Part shown: in pieces, positions 1 through 10,739 of the stretch
Position numbering within the stretch: the stretch's first letter is position 1
Layout of the letters: each line of letters begins with the position of its first letter
Source of the DNA: Methanosphaera stadtmanae DSM 3091
GTDB lineage: Archaea > Methanobacteriota > Methanobacteria > Methanobacteriales > Methanobacteriaceae
NCBI RefSeq assembly: GCF_000012545.1
Contig: NC_007681.1
Coordinates: 660,001 to 692,000 of the forward strand
Length of the DNA stretch: 32,000 bases
Direction of reading: 5' to 3'
Program-made: the position numbers and the translations under genes
The notes under the pieces: model-generated
The model's database searches: none
What the model was told of the DNA's origin: nothing
The model's input: only the letters and a program-made list of their open reading frames with translations

Positions 1-18
1 TAAGTAGGGAATGATTTT

Positions 19-591
19 ATGGATAATGAATATGAAATAGTTTCAATGTTAAAAGAGGATGATGGAGTACTAATTTCACAGTTAATAGATAATGACTTTA
101 AAAAAGAAGTTTTAAAATGTGAAATGAAAAGATTAGATGAATTGGTACCATTTATAAATAAAGGTATGGAAGATGCATTTAATGAAGAAGAAGCTTTGGT
201 ATTGATTAAAAAACATGACCCTAATCATAAAAGAGAAATTAAAAGTGATAACTCAACTTTCACACTTAGAACAGAAAATGGTGATATTGTAGGTGAAACA
301 ATAACGGATGAAGAAGAACTTGAAGAATTAAGAAATGATCCTAGTGTATACTTCTTATCAGATAATTTTGTAACATATACTAATATTGGAATGCCTAATC
401 AGAAACAATTCTTTGTAATGGAGGGCGAAACAAGTGATTTTATAACTAACAAAGACATAGACAGTACAGTTAAAAGTCTTGTAGTGGCCATTCCATCAAC
501 ACAAACAGATCATTATATAAAAGATTACTATAACATACCACATGATGAAGATATTGGAACTATAATAATAGGATTTACTCCAAGGTGTTAA
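19..591 (+). CDS. hypothetical acidic protein (190 aa), no recognisable family
   Basis: Intact 573-nt ORF with an SD-like 'aggga' a few nt upstream of the ATG. It runs in the same direction as the next ORF, 3 nt away, and the SD for that ORF ('aggtg') lies in its 3' end. No catalytic motif recognised. Confidence 0.5.
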   Translation: MDNEYEIVSMLKEDDGVLISQLIDNDFKKEVLKCEMKRLDELVPFINKGMEDAFNEEEALVLIKKHDPNHKREIKSDNSTFTLRTENGDIVGETITDEEELEELRNDPSVYFLSDNFVTYTNIGMPNQKQFFVMEGETSDFITNKDIDSTVKSLVVAIPSTQTDHYIKDYYNIPHDEDIGTIIIGFTPRC

Positions 592-594
592 ATT

Positions 595-1272
595 ATGTTA
601 ATGGATTATGTTAAATCATTAAGTGATGTTTGTGGAGTTGCAGATTTTAGAAAAGATAGTCAACAGTTAATTGAAACATATGGTCAAGATATATGTAAAT
701 ATCCATATGCAATTGTTATAGGTCATAGATTAAATGAAGAGATTGTATCTAAAATACCCTTATCATATAATGATGATGATATAGCAGAAGAATATCAAAA
801 TGAATACTTTAATTCATTTAAAAGAATATCTGGTATCTCCCATAAAGTTGAGGATTATATTCATGATTTAGGATATAACTGTGTAATATTAAATGAATTG
901 GAAAAATATGAAGATATACATCTAAAGACTAGATTTAGTAATAAAGCCAGTGCAAAACTTGCAGGAATTGGTTGGATTGGAAAAAATAATCTCTTAACAA
1001 CAAGAGAATATGGTCCAAGACTCACATGGTCAACAATTATAACAGATGCTCCACTTAGTAAATACACAGGAAATGTTATGGAATCATTATGTGGGGATTG
1101 TAATATATGTGTTAAAGCATGTCCTGGTGGAGCAATAGTTAACTTAGATAATCCACGCAAATCATACAGTCCAATAAAATGTGGGGATTATATTAAAAGT
1201 AGAAAAAAAGAGGGACATCCAACAGTATGTGGTATGTGTTTATATATATGTCCATATGGGAATAAAATATGA
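595..1272 (+). CDS. 4Fe-4S cluster protein resembling the C-terminal part of epoxyqueuosine reductase (QueG) / reductive-dehalogenase family
   Basis: Contains 'AGIGWIGKNNLLTTREYGPRLTWSTIITDAPL' (QueG/RDH-like core), then the ferredoxin-type motif 'CGDCNICVKACPGGAI' and a second Cys cluster 'CGMCLYICPYG'. At 225 aa it is much shorter than bacterial QueG. Confidence 0.55.
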   Translation: MLMDYVKSLSDVCGVADFRKDSQQLIETYGQDICKYPYAIVIGHRLNEEIVSKIPLSYNDDDIAEEYQNEYFNSFKRISGISHKVEDYIHDLGYNCVILNELEKYEDIHLKTRFSNKASAKLAGIGWIGKNNLLTTREYGPRLTWSTIITDAPLSKYTGNVMESLCGDCNICVKACPGGAIVNLDNPRKSYSPIKCGDYIKSRKKEGHPTVCGMCLYICPYGNKI

Positions 1273-1277
1273 TTTTT

Positions 1278-3080
1278 TTATTCTTTTTTATCCTCTTTTA
1301 GTGTTTCATAAATTGTTTTTGCTAATTTTTGATTAATACCTTTTACTTGACATATTTCATCAAAACTTGCATTATAAATATTATCTAAGCTTTCAAAATG
1401 TGTTAAGAGTGCTTGTTTTCTTTTTTTACCAACACCTGGTATGTCATCAAGAATAGATTTTGTAAATGCTTTTGAACGAAGTTTTCTATGGAATGTTATT
1501 GCAAATCTATGTGACTCATCACGTACATATTGAAGAAGATGTAGTGCTGAGGATTGTCTTGGTAGAATTATTGGATTTGTTTGTCCTGGAAGATATACTT
1601 CTTCAAATTTCTTTGCAAGGCCTGCAAGAGGAACATCTGTAATATTTAGTTTTTTAAATACATCAACAGCCATTCCAAGCTGTCCTTTACCTCCATCAAT
1701 TAACACTAGATCTGGATGAATACTAAGTGAATCTGATGTATTATTTGTATTATTAGGTGATATATGGGAGTATCTTCTTGTGATTACTTCCTTCATCATT
1801 GCAAAATCATTTGGACCGGGAGTATTCATCTTAAATTTACGATACATCTTCTTTGCAGGTTTTCCATTTTCAAATACAACCATTGATGCTACAGCATATA
1901 TACCAGAAATATTTGAAATATCAAATGCTTCAATATGGTATGGTAGACGGGGTAGATTAAGGTACTTCTCTAGAGTTAGAAGAGGATTTTCTTCCTCTTT
2001 AGTATTTTCTGTTAAACTAATATGAGCATTTTTCTTGGCAATTTTAATAAGGGTAATATAATGACCATCAGTAGCTACTGTAATTTTTATTTTATGGTTA
2101 GCTTTTTCTTCTAACCATTCAACAATAACATCCTTATCTTCAATATCATCTTCTAATATAATTTCATCAGGAAGAGGTGCAGTAGAATAATATTGTTTAA
2201 TAAATTCTGTTCTTATTTGTTTATCACTAAATCCTTTAATTCCTTTTAGAACAAGATCATCTTTTTTATTTGTTTTACCACTACGAACAGATAATATTAC
2301 AACAGCTGCTTCTTCATTGTTATGATCAAATCCAATAATATCTTGGTTAACATCTTGGTTTGGTTGAATATTTTGTTTTTCAAGGGTAATTTTAATAGTA
2401 TCAATTTGGTCTCGTAGCATGGCTGCCTTTTCAAATTCCATATTTTTAGCATATCTATTCATGTCCTTTTTGAGTTTTTTGATTGTGGTTTTATATTTTC
2501 CCTGAAGAAGTAATTTAACACGACGAATATTTCTGTTGTACTCTTCTTGTGATATGTAATTAACACATGGAGCACTGCACTGTTTTATCTGATAATTTAG
2601 ACAAGGTCCATCCATATGTTTACATGTTCTTATTTGAAAGTTCTTATTTAAAAAATCAATAAATGCTCTTGCATGTGTACTATCAGTATATGGACCATAA
2701 TATGATGCTTTATCATTTACTATATTTCTTGTAATGTATATTCTTGGGAAGTCTTCATTAGTTATTTTAATATAGGGGTATTGTTTACCATCCTTAAGAC
2801 TTATATTATAATGGGGACGGTATTTTTTTATAAGATTTGCTTCGAGAATTAAAGCTTCTTTCTCAGTATTTGTTAAAATATATTCAAAGTATGAAAAATG
2901 CCTCATAAGAAATTGAGTTTTTGGTCTATCAAGTTTGTCTTCATCTCTAAAGTAACTTTGAAGTCTACTTTTAAGTTTTTTAGCTTTTCCAACATATATT
3001 ACCTCATCTTCTTTATTGTGCATAATATATACACCAGGCTTTTGAGGTACTTCATCAGGTGTTTTTAGTTTCATAGACAT
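1278..3080 (-). CDS. uvrC: excinuclease ABC subunit C (UvrC)
   Basis: 600 aa. N-terminal GIY-YIG nuclease motif 'GVYIMHNKEDEVIYVGKAKKLKSRLQSY', UVR domain 'MEFEKAAMLRDQIDTIK', and a C-terminal endonuclease region plus helix-hairpin-helix 'IPGVGKKRKQALLTHF'. Confidence 0.97.
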   Translation of the reverse strand: MSMKLKTPDEVPQKPGVYIMHNKEDEVIYVGKAKKLKSRLQSYFRDEDKLDRPKTQFLMRHFSYFEYILTNTEKEALILEANLIKKYRPHYNISLKDGKQYPYIKITNEDFPRIYITRNIVNDKASYYGPYTDSTHARAFIDFLNKNFQIRTCKHMDGPCLNYQIKQCSAPCVNYISQEEYNRNIRRVKLLLQGKYKTTIKKLKKDMNRYAKNMEFEKAAMLRDQIDTIKITLEKQNIQPNQDVNQDIIGFDHNNEEAAVVILSVRSGKTNKKDDLVLKGIKGFSDKQIRTEFIKQYYSTAPLPDEIILEDDIEDKDVIVEWLEEKANHKIKITVATDGHYITLIKIAKKNAHISLTENTKEEENPLLTLEKYLNLPRLPYHIEAFDISNISGIYAVASMVVFENGKPAKKMYRKFKMNTPGPNDFAMMKEVITRRYSHISPNNTNNTSDSLSIHPDLVLIDGGKGQLGMAVDVFKKLNITDVPLAGLAKKFEEVYLPGQTNPIILPRQSSALHLLQYVRDESHRFAITFHRKLRSKAFTKSILDDIPGVGKKRKQALLTHFESLDNIYNASFDEICQVKGINQKLAKTIYETLKEDKKE

Positions 3081-3236
3081 AATTCACAATTCCACATTTT
3101 TTTTTTATTTTAATATATAAATAATAAACATCTAATATTTATTAATAGATATATTATATATGAAATATATTATACTAACTTTATTATATTGTGTTATGTA
3201 TAAAAGTTATCAATTAGTTTTAAGAGAATTATTATT

Positions 3237-5186
3237 ATGTCAAAATTCAATTTATATTCTGATTATAAACCATTAGGTGATCAGCCAAAAGCAATAAAAT
3301 CACTTGTTGAACATTATAAAGATGGAATTAAAGAACAAACACTTGAAGGAGTAACAGGTTCTGGAAAAACTTTTACAATGGCAAATGTTATTGAACAATT
3401 AGACAAACCAACACTTGTAATGTCACATAATAAAACATTAGCAGCTCAATTATATGAGGAATTTAAAGAATTTTTTCCAGATAATGCAGTGGAATACTTT
3501 GTTAGCTACTATGATTACTACCAACCAGAGGCATATGTAGCACAAACTGATACATTTATTGACAAGGAATCAGCTATTAATGAGGAAATTGATAGATTAA
3601 GACACTCTGCCACACAATCATTACTTACAAGAGATGATGTAATTGTAGTATCTAGTGTTTCATGTATCTATGGTATAGGTTCACCTGAAGATTATGCACA
3701 ATTTACACTAACACTACAAACACAACAAGAAATATCAAGGGAAGATATTCTTAAAGAATTAGTGAAAATGCAATACTCACGTAATGATATTGAATTTATA
3801 AGGGGACAATTCAGAGTTAGAGGGGACGTTATTGAAATATTTCCAATAAATGCAAATTATGCTCTACGTATTGAACTATGGGGTGATGAAATAGATGTTA
3901 TCTACAAAATAGATGCATTGAAAGGGGATATTATTGAAGAATTACAAAAAGTGATCATATTTCCTGCAAAACACTTCGTAATTGCAAAGGAAAAACAAGA
4001 AACAGCCATAGCAAACATAAAAAAAGAACTTAAAGAAAGAGTGGATACATTTAAGGCAACAGGAAAATATGTTGAAGCTCAAAGAATTGAACAAAGAACG
4101 AACTTTGATATGGAAATGTTACAAGAAATTGGTTACTGTTCTGGAATAGAAAATTATTCCATGCACATGAATGGTCGTAAATGGGGTGAAACACCATACT
4201 CATTACTAAGATATTTTCCAGATGATTATCTAACAATTATTGATGAATCACATGTAACAGTACCTCAAATACGTGGAATGTATGAGGGAGATAGGGCAAG
4301 AAAAGAAAATCTAATACAGTATGGTTTTAGATTACCTAGTGCAAAGGAAAATAGACCACTTCGTTTTGATGAATTTATGAGGGCACAAAATCAAGTATTA
4401 TATGTTTCAGCAACACCTGCAGCATTTGAATTAGGAAGAAGTAAAAATAAGGTGGAACAAATTATTAGGCCAACAGGCCTTGTAGATCCAGAGCCTATTG
4501 TAAGACCAATAAAAAATCAAGTTGATGATTTATTGGGTGAAATAAGAAAATGTGTAGATAATAATCAAAGAGTACTTGTAACATCATTAACTAAGAAGAT
4601 GGCAGAGGATTTAACAGATTATTATATTAAGATGAATGTTAAGGCAAGATATTTGCATTCAGAAATTTCAACACTTGAAAGAACAGAAATTATTGATGAA
4701 TTACGTCGTGGAGACTTTGATTGTCTAGTTGGAGTAAATCTTCTAAGGGAAGGATTGGATTTACCAGAAGTTGCACTAGTTGCTATTTTAGATGCTGATA
4801 AGGAAGGATTCCTACGTTCTCAAACTTCTCTTATACAGACTATTGGTAGAGCTGCACGTAATGTTAATGGTAGAGTAATATTATATGCTGATAATATAAC
4901 AGATTCTGTAAGAAATGCTGTAAATATAACAAAACATAGACGTAAAATACAAATTGCCTATAACAATGATCATAATATTACACCTAGAAGTGTTGTACGT
5001 AAACTTAAAGATAAAAAGATTGAAGAGAAAGTTGATGATATTCAAGAAATTGATAATATTACAACAGATGAAATTGATGAAATAATAAAAGAACTTGAAA
5101 AAGAAATGAAACAAGCTGCAAAAGATCTTAACTTTGAAAAGGCTGCAAAACTAAGAGATAGGATAATGGAATTAAAAGAGGAATAA
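3237..5186 (+). CDS. uvrB: excinuclease ABC subunit B (UvrB)
   Basis: 649 aa. Walker A 'GVTGSGKTF', DEAD-like 'IIDESH', helicase motif VI 'QTIGRAARN', C-terminal UVR domain '[17 protein letters not shown]'. Divergent from uvrC across a 156-bp AT-rich spacer. Confidence 0.97.
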   Translation: MSKFNLYSDYKPLGDQPKAIKSLVEHYKDGIKEQTLEGVTGSGKTFTMANVIEQLDKPTLVMSHNKTLAAQLYEEFKEFFPDNAVEYFVSYYDYYQPEAYVAQTDTFIDKESAINEEIDRLRHSATQSLLTRDDVIVVSSVSCIYGIGSPEDYAQFTLTLQTQQEISREDILKELVKMQYSRNDIEFIRGQFRVRGDVIEIFPINANYALRIELWGDEIDVIYKIDALKGDIIEELQKVIIFPAKHFVIAKEKQETAIANIKKELKERVDTFKATGKYVEAQRIEQRTNFDMEMLQEIGYCSGIENYSMHMNGRKWGETPYSLLRYFPDDYLTIIDESHVTVPQIRGMYEGDRARKENLIQYGFRLPSAKENRPLRFDEFMRAQNQVLYVSATPAAFELGRSKNKVEQIIRPTGLVDPEPIVRPIKNQVDDLLGEIRKCVDNNQRVLVTSLTKKMAEDLTDYYIKMNVKARYLHSEISTLERTEIIDELRRGDFDCLVGVNLLREGLDLPEVALVAILDADKEGFLRSQTSLIQTIGRAARNVNGRVILYADNITDSVRNAVNITKHRRKIQIAYNNDHNITPRSVVRKLKDKKIEEKVDDIQEIDNITTDEIDEIIKELEKEMKQAAKDLNFEKAAKLRDRIMELKEE

Positions 5187-5189
5187 ATA

Positions 5190-8057
5190 ATGGAATCCAA
5201 GGAAGAAATAAGAAATAGAGCTATAAAAGATAGAAAAATAATTATAAAAGGAGCAAGAGAACATAATCTTCAAAATATTGATGTTACAATACCACGTGAT
5301 AACTTCGTGGTAATAACAGGACTTAGTGGTTCTGGAAAATCATCACTGGCATTTGATACAATCTATGCTGAAGGACAAAGAAGATATGTTGAATCTCTAT
5401 CAGCATATGCAAGACAATTTCTAGGACAAATGGAAAAACCAGAAATAGACTACATTGAAGGTCTATCTCCTGCAATATCAATAGACCAAAAAACCACTAG
5501 ATCAAATCCCAGATCCACTGTAGGTACTGTTACAGAAATCTATGATTATCTTAGATTATTATATGCAAGAATAGGTGTGGCTCATTGTTATAACTGTGGA
5601 AAGGAAATATCACAACAAACACCAGGACAAATAGCACAAGAAATAATAGAAAACAATGATCAAGAAAAGATATACATACTAGCACCAGTTGTGAAAAATA
5701 GGAAAGGAATGCATAAGAAGATATTTTCCACATATAAACAAAAGGGATATGTGAGAGTACGTGTTGATGGTGAGATTAAAAGCTTAGATGAAACAATAGA
5801 ACTTGATAAAAATCAAAAACATGTAATAGAAATAGTAATTGACAGATTAAAAGTAGCAAATAATGAAAATTTCCGTAGAAGATTAGTTGAAGCAGTGGAA
5901 AATGCACTTAGAATAAGTGAAGGACTAGTTACAGTAGCAAATAATGATAATTCCATTCCAGATCAATACTATAGTGAAGCATTAGCCTGTCCAGATTGTG
6001 GAATAAATTTCCTAGAAATAAGTCCAAGAATGTTTTCATTTAACAATCCCCAAGCTGCATGTCCAACATGTAATGGTATAGGAAGTACATTTGAAATAGA
6101 TGAAGATTTAATAGTTCCAAATAAAACCTTATCAATAAGAGAAGGTGCTATTAAACCTTGGAGTAATTCTACAAGTACAGAAACATACTACAATAGAATA
6201 CTTGCAGGGGTAGCAACACACTATGGATTTAAAGTAGATGTACCATACCATACTTTATCTAGAAAAAATAAGGATGTAATATTATATGGAAGTAATGGTG
6301 AAAATATAACATTTTCATTTATTAGAAATAATAAGGAAAAACGTGTTACAAAACCATTTGAAGGAGTAATTCCATATATGAAACGAATATTTCTGGAAAC
6401 AAAATCAAGATACAGAAGAAAAGCAATACATTCATATATGACATTAAATAAGTGTCCAACATGTCATGGAGATAGGCTTAAACCAGAAATGTTAGCAGTT
6501 ACTGTTGGAGATATGAATATAGCTGATGTTACAAAATTATCTTTATCTAAGGCAAAGGAGTTCTTTGAAAATCTTAAATTAACTAAACGTCAGGAATTTA
6601 TTGGACATGAAATACTAAAAGAAATAAGAGAAAGATTATCATTTCTAAATGATGTAGGACTTAACTATTTAACACTTGCCAGGTCATCTGGTACATTATC
6701 TGGTGGAGAAGCTCAACGTATAAGACTAGCAACACAAATTGGAAGTAGATTAGTTGGAGTTTTATATGTTTTAGATGAACCAAGCATAGGATTACATCAA
6801 AGAGATAATATGAAACTTATTGAAACATTAAAACATCTTAGGGATCTTGGAAATACTTTGATTGTAGTAGAACATGATGAGGAAACAATACTTGAAGCAG
6901 ATCATGTTATTGACATAGGACCTGGGGCAGGGGATCATGGAGGAATTGTAACAGCACAGGGAACACCTGATGAAATTAAAAATAATGAGAATTCATTAAC
7001 AGGACAGTACTTATCTGGAACTAAGAAAATACCAGTACCAAAAACTCGTCATGAAGGAAATGGAAAATCAATAAAAATAATAGGAGCAAGTGAAAATAAT
7101 CTTAAAAACATAGATGTGGAATTTCCATTGGGTAAATTTATATGTGTAACAGGAGTATCAGGTTCTGGAAAAAGTACACTTGTAAATAAAATATTGTATC
7201 TTGGATTATATGAACTTCTTACAAATAAACATAAAGATAAAGTAGGATGTCATAAAAAGATTATAGGTTCTGAAAATATTGATAAAATCATTGTAATTGA
7301 CCAGTCACCTATTGGAAGAACACCTCGTTCAAATCCTGCAACATATATTGGATTATTCACATATATTCGTGAATTATTTGCACAAACACCAGAAGCAAAA
7401 CAGAATGGATATAAACCTGGAAGATTTAGTTTCAATGTTAAAGGAGGAAGATGTGAAGCATGTTCTGGTGATGGAATTGTACAGATAGAGATGCATTTTC
7501 TAGCAGATGTATATGTTCCATGTGAAGTATGTGGTGGTAAACGTTACAATCAAGAAACATTGAATATTAGATATAAAGGTAAAAATATCAATGATGTACT
7601 GGAAATGACAAGTAGTGAAGCATTAGAGTTTTTCAAACACATACCTAAGATAAAAAGAAAATTACAAACCCTGGTTGATGTTGGACTTGGATATGTTAAA
7701 CTTGGTCAGCCAGCAACAACATTATCTGGTGGAGAAGCTCAGCGTATAAAATTAGCTAAGGAATTAAGTAGACAAAATACACACAATACATTATATATTC
7801 TAGATGAACCAACAACAGGTCTTCACTTTGATGATATTAACAGATTATTAAAGGTATTATTAAAACTTAGGAATCAGGGAAATACATTGGTTGTTATTGA
7901 ACATAATCTTGATGTTGTAAAAACTGCAGATTATATAATTGATTTAGGTCCTGAAGGAGGTAATGGTGGAGGTTGGCTAATAGCTGAGGGAACTCCTGAA
8001 GAGATAGCTAAACAAGATACTTATACAGGTATTTATCTTAAGCCAATGCTTGAATAA
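5190..8057 (+). CDS. uvrA: excinuclease ABC subunit A (UvrA)
   Basis: 955 aa. Two ABC modules with Walker A 'GLSGSGKSS' and 'GVSGSGKST' and two 'LSGGEAQR' signatures. Zinc-finger Cys pairs 'CPDCG...CPTCNG' and 'CEACSGDG...CEVCGG'. Starts 3 nt after the uvrB stop, with 'agagga' in the uvrB 3' end as SD. Confidence 0.97.
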   Translation: MESKEEIRNRAIKDRKIIIKGAREHNLQNIDVTIPRDNFVVITGLSGSGKSSLAFDTIYAEGQRRYVESLSAYARQFLGQMEKPEIDYIEGLSPAISIDQKTTRSNPRSTVGTVTEIYDYLRLLYARIGVAHCYNCGKEISQQTPGQIAQEIIENNDQEKIYILAPVVKNRKGMHKKIFSTYKQKGYVRVRVDGEIKSLDETIELDKNQKHVIEIVIDRLKVANNENFRRRLVEAVENALRISEGLVTVANNDNSIPDQYYSEALACPDCGINFLEISPRMFSFNNPQAACPTCNGIGSTFEIDEDLIVPNKTLSIREGAIKPWSNSTSTETYYNRILAGVATHYGFKVDVPYHTLSRKNKDVILYGSNGENITFSFIRNNKEKRVTKPFEGVIPYMKRIFLETKSRYRRKAIHSYMTLNKCPTCHGDRLKPEMLAVTVGDMNIADVTKLSLSKAKEFFENLKLTKRQEFIGHEILKEIRERLSFLNDVGLNYLTLARSSGTLSGGEAQRIRLATQIGSRLVGVLYVLDEPSIGLHQRDNMKLIETLKHLRDLGNTLIVVEHDEETILEADHVIDIGPGAGDHGGIVTAQGTPDEIKNNENSLTGQYLSGTKKIPVPKTRHEGNGKSIKIIGASENNLKNIDVEFPLGKFICVTGVSGSGKSTLVNKILYLGLYELLTNKHKDKVGCHKKIIGSENIDKIIVIDQSPIGRTPRSNPATYIGLFTYIRELFAQTPEAKQNGYKPGRFSFNVKGGRCEACSGDGIVQIEMHFLADVYVPCEVCGGKRYNQETLNIRYKGKNINDVLEMTSSEALEFFKHIPKIKRKLQTLVDVGLGYVKLGQPATTLSGGEAQRIKLAKELSRQNTHNTLYILDEPTTGLHFDDINRLLKVLLKLRNQGNTLVVIEHNLDVVKTADYIIDLGPEGGNGGGWLIAEGTPEEIAKQDTYTGIYLKPMLE

Positions 8058-8237
8058 ACCTCATACATATATTTGAATTAAGTTTGTTCAATTATACTTT
8101 AATTTAGAGTTTAATAAAAAATAATATCATATTTATAAGAAATATAGATAAGTTTATAAGATTATTAAATTAAAATATTATATAGATAAAACTATATATT
8201 TTATAGATTTTTTAAATGAAAAATTAAAGGAGATACA

Positions 8238-9017
8238 ATGAAACTTCAATTCTTAGGAACTGGTGGGGGCAGATTTGCTACAATCAGTCAAAAAAGAATG
8301 ACTGGTGGTTTCAGAATTGATGATATAGATGGTAAAAATATTCATGTAGATCCAGGACCTGGAGCACTTGTAAGAACACATCAATATGGATTAAATCCTC
8401 GTAAGTTAAATTTAATTCTCATAAGCCATTGTCATACAGATCATTATACTGATGCAGAAGTATTAATAGAAGCAATGACACAAGGAATGACAAGAAAAGC
8501 AGGACATGTTATTGGAAGTGATAGTGTTATTAATGGACATGGTGACTTAGGTCCAAGTATTTCAAAATATCATCAAAGTAAACCAAAAGTAAGTGTTCTT
8601 AAACCAGAAGAAGAAATTAAACATGAAAATTTGAAAATAAGGGGTATTCATACAAAACATGGAGATCCAACATGTGTTGGATTTAATATAAATTATAAAG
8701 GTTTTAATATAAATTATACTTCAGATACTGAATACTTCCCAGAACTAGCTGAAGAACATAAGGATGCTGATGTTCTGATTGGAAATGTAATTAAAGAAGG
8801 AGAACGTAAAATTAAAGGTCACTTAAGAACAAGGGACTTTAAACAATTAATTGAAGAAGTACAGCCAAAAATAGCTATTATGACACATCTTAGGGTGAAT
8901 TTAATTATGAATAATCCTTTCCAAAATACAAGAACTATTACTAAAGAAACTGGTGTCAGAACAATTGCAGCTACTGATGGTCTTACTATGAATCTTGATC
9001 AATATCTTGAATCATAA
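8238..9017 (+). CDS. metallo-beta-lactamase-fold hydrolase (specific function unknown)
   Basis: 259 aa. Begins 'MKLQFLGTGGG' and has the canonical HxHxDH motif 'HCHTDH'. Strong SD 'aaggag' about 7 nt upstream of the ATG. Confidence 0.75.
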   Translation: MKLQFLGTGGGRFATISQKRMTGGFRIDDIDGKNIHVDPGPGALVRTHQYGLNPRKLNLILISHCHTDHYTDAEVLIEAMTQGMTRKAGHVIGSDSVINGHGDLGPSISKYHQSKPKVSVLKPEEEIKHENLKIRGIHTKHGDPTCVGFNINYKGFNINYTSDTEYFPELAEEHKDADVLIGNVIKEGERKIKGHLRTRDFKQLIEEVQPKIAIMTHLRVNLIMNNPFQNTRTITKETGVRTIAATDGLTMNLDQYLES

Positions 9018-9029
9018 CTTCTTTTTCTA

Positions 9030-9038
9030 TTTTTTTTT
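9030..9038 (+). terminator. oligo-T tract (T9) after the MBL-fold gene
   Basis: Nine consecutive T 13 nt after the stop codon. Oligo-T runs are the established intrinsic termination signal of archaeal RNA polymerase. The tract directly abuts the tRNA 5' end. Confidence 0.5.
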
Positions 9039-9112
9039 GCCTTGATGGCTCAGCAAGGAACAGTACCTGACTCGTAATCAGGGGATCGGGGGTTCAAATC
9101 CCCCTCAGGGCT
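9039..9112 (+). tRNA. tRNA-Thr, anticodon CGU
   Basis: The only GC-rich island in this intergenic region. Folded by hand: acceptor gccttga/tcagggc (one G-U pair) plus discriminator t; anticodon stem cctga/tcagg with loop 'ctCGTaa'; 5-nt variable region ggatc; T arm ggggg-ttcaaat-ccccc. 74 nt, no encoded CCA, no intron. Confidence 0.9.
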
Positions 9113-9119
9113 TATAAAC

Positions 9120-9127
9120 TTTTTTTT
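9120..9127 (+). terminator. oligo-T tract (T8) after tRNA-Thr
   Basis: T8 run 8 nt downstream of the tRNA 3' end. Confidence 0.55.
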
Positions 9128-9350
9128 AAAGGATATTTATTTTATAATATGTTTGATTGTTTTATAAGTATACATAATGGTAGTTTTTCCCTGTTTAAAG
9201 TGATTATATAACTAATTATGTAATTTTTGATATATTGTAGATTTAAATTAAAAATTAACTAAAAAAATATTAGGTTATTAAATTGATAGTATTGTGAAAT
9301 TTCTTAAATATTTTATGTTTTAAAAAATAGATTATTATTATAACTAAATT

Positions 9351-10058
9351 ATGATATTTTTTTTATTAGAAGGGGAGAGAGAAATTATTACTGAAATTTG
9401 TGGTTCAATTATTGAATCTAATGAAAAAGACATATTTAAAACATTAGATAAAGCAGTAGACTTGGATGTTAATTATATTGAATTAAGATTGGATGTTATT
9501 GAAAATATTACTTCGAAAAAAGCAACTTCTATCATTGAAAAAATAAGGAATGTTACAGATATTCCAATTATATTAACAAATAGAACGAAGTATGAGGGAG
9601 GATATTTTCCATCTACAGAAGAGGATAGAATTAAAATATTGATGGATAATGCATCTCTTGTTGAATATACAGATATTGAATTATCTACCAATGAAAATCT
9701 TAGACAAGAAGTTATAGACAATGCTAATAGAACAATTATATCATATCATAATTTTGAAAAAACACCATCTTCTGAATATCTGGAGAATGTTGTAAATAGT
9801 GCATTGAATGTAGGAGATATAGCTAAAATTGCTGTTAAACCATTAAATATTGAGGATACTTATGTTTTATTAAGATTACTTATGGAATATGATGATTTAA
9901 TTGGTATTTCTATGGATAAACTAGGTTCATATACAAGAATACTTGGACCAATATTAGGATCTCCTGTAACATATACAGCAATAACTGATGAATCAGCTCC
10001 TGGCCAATTTGATGTTAAAACAACAAGAGATATTCTTAAAAAATTAAAAAATTATTAG
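9351..10058 (+). CDS. aroD: 3-dehydroquinate dehydratase, type I (AroD)
   Basis: 235 aa. 'ICGSI...', 'NYIELRLDV', '[11 protein letters not shown]' and 'AKIAVKP' (the Schiff-base Lys region) match the type I DHQase pattern. The exact start is uncertain because the first ~12 residues look like an extension. Confidence 0.85.
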
Positions 10059-10060
10059 AA

Positions 10061-10723
10061 TTGATTTATATGAATAAAAAGGATAGGCAGATTATTAAAA
10101 CATTAAATAATCTTGGTGTAGATACAAGATATATTAGTTTATATAATGAACATGTTTATATTAATAATTCAAAGTTTTCCAAGTTTTCTAGAAAAAAAGA
10201 AGAGAAATTCAACTGTTTATATTCAAATATATCAGTTACAAGATCTATGCTTTTTCAAAAGATATGTGTTAAAGTATCAAGAACTATTAAAAATCAGATA
10301 AAACCAAAGGATGAAATATATATAGATAATACTCCAACAGCTAAAAATATAGTATTAAACATAGTTTTAGAATCATATAAAAGAAAATATGGAATAAAAA
10401 TAGCACACACACCTACAAAGCATAGTATAATTGTAAGCTCTAAGTGTTTAGATGATTTTTCAAGTGAATATATTCATTTAATGTTATCTGGAAATAAAAT
10501 AACAGATACATATGAAGAAAATACAATTTATCCATTAATACATGTACATCAAGATTGGATTGATGATTGGATATCTTCAACAGATATAAAACACATAACT
10601 TCCAATGTTGAAGAGGATACAAAAATAAAAGAAATGCTAACATTTCTAGAAAAACATATACCTAATGTTAATGAGTCAATTAAACAATCAGTAACATATT
10701 TAGATGAAAATAGAATAGATTAA
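10061..10723 (+). CDS. hypothetical protein encoded between aroD and aroC
   Basis: 220-aa ORF with TTG at 10061 and the first ATG at 10070. It starts 2 nt after the aroD stop and ends 16 nt before the aroC start. No intact nucleotide-binding or catalytic motif recognised. Confidence 0.5.
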   Translation: MIYMNKKDRQIIKTLNNLGVDTRYISLYNEHVYINNSKFSKFSRKKEEKFNCLYSNISVTRSMLFQKICVKVSRTIKNQIKPKDEIYIDNTPTAKNIVLNIVLESYKRKYGIKIAHTPTKHSIIVSSKCLDDFSSEYIHLMLSGNKITDTYEENTIYPLIHVHQDWIDDWISSTDIKHITSNVEEDTKIKEMLTFLEKHIPNVNESIKQSVTYLDENRID

Positions 10724-10739
10724 AATGGGAGAATAAACA

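Noticed and set aside
861-7488. Short ORFs from the track lying antisense or out of frame inside the QueG-like gene and uvrC/uvrB/uvrA (861-1160, 1780-2025, 4051-4236, 4881-5114, 5551-5733, 7250-7435, 7297-7488).
   Set aside because: Each is fully embedded in a long ORF with unambiguous family motifs. Their translations are low-complexity and F/I/L/Y-rich, as expected from reading AT-rich coding DNA in the wrong frame, and none has an SD.
8990-9038. A dedicated promoter for tRNA-Thr.
   Set aside because: I could not find a convincing TTTAWATA box at about -26 relative to the tRNA 5' end. The T9 run abuts the tRNA directly. Whether the tRNA is processed from read-through of the upstream gene or has a weak internal-to-CDS promoter cannot be decided from sequence alone.
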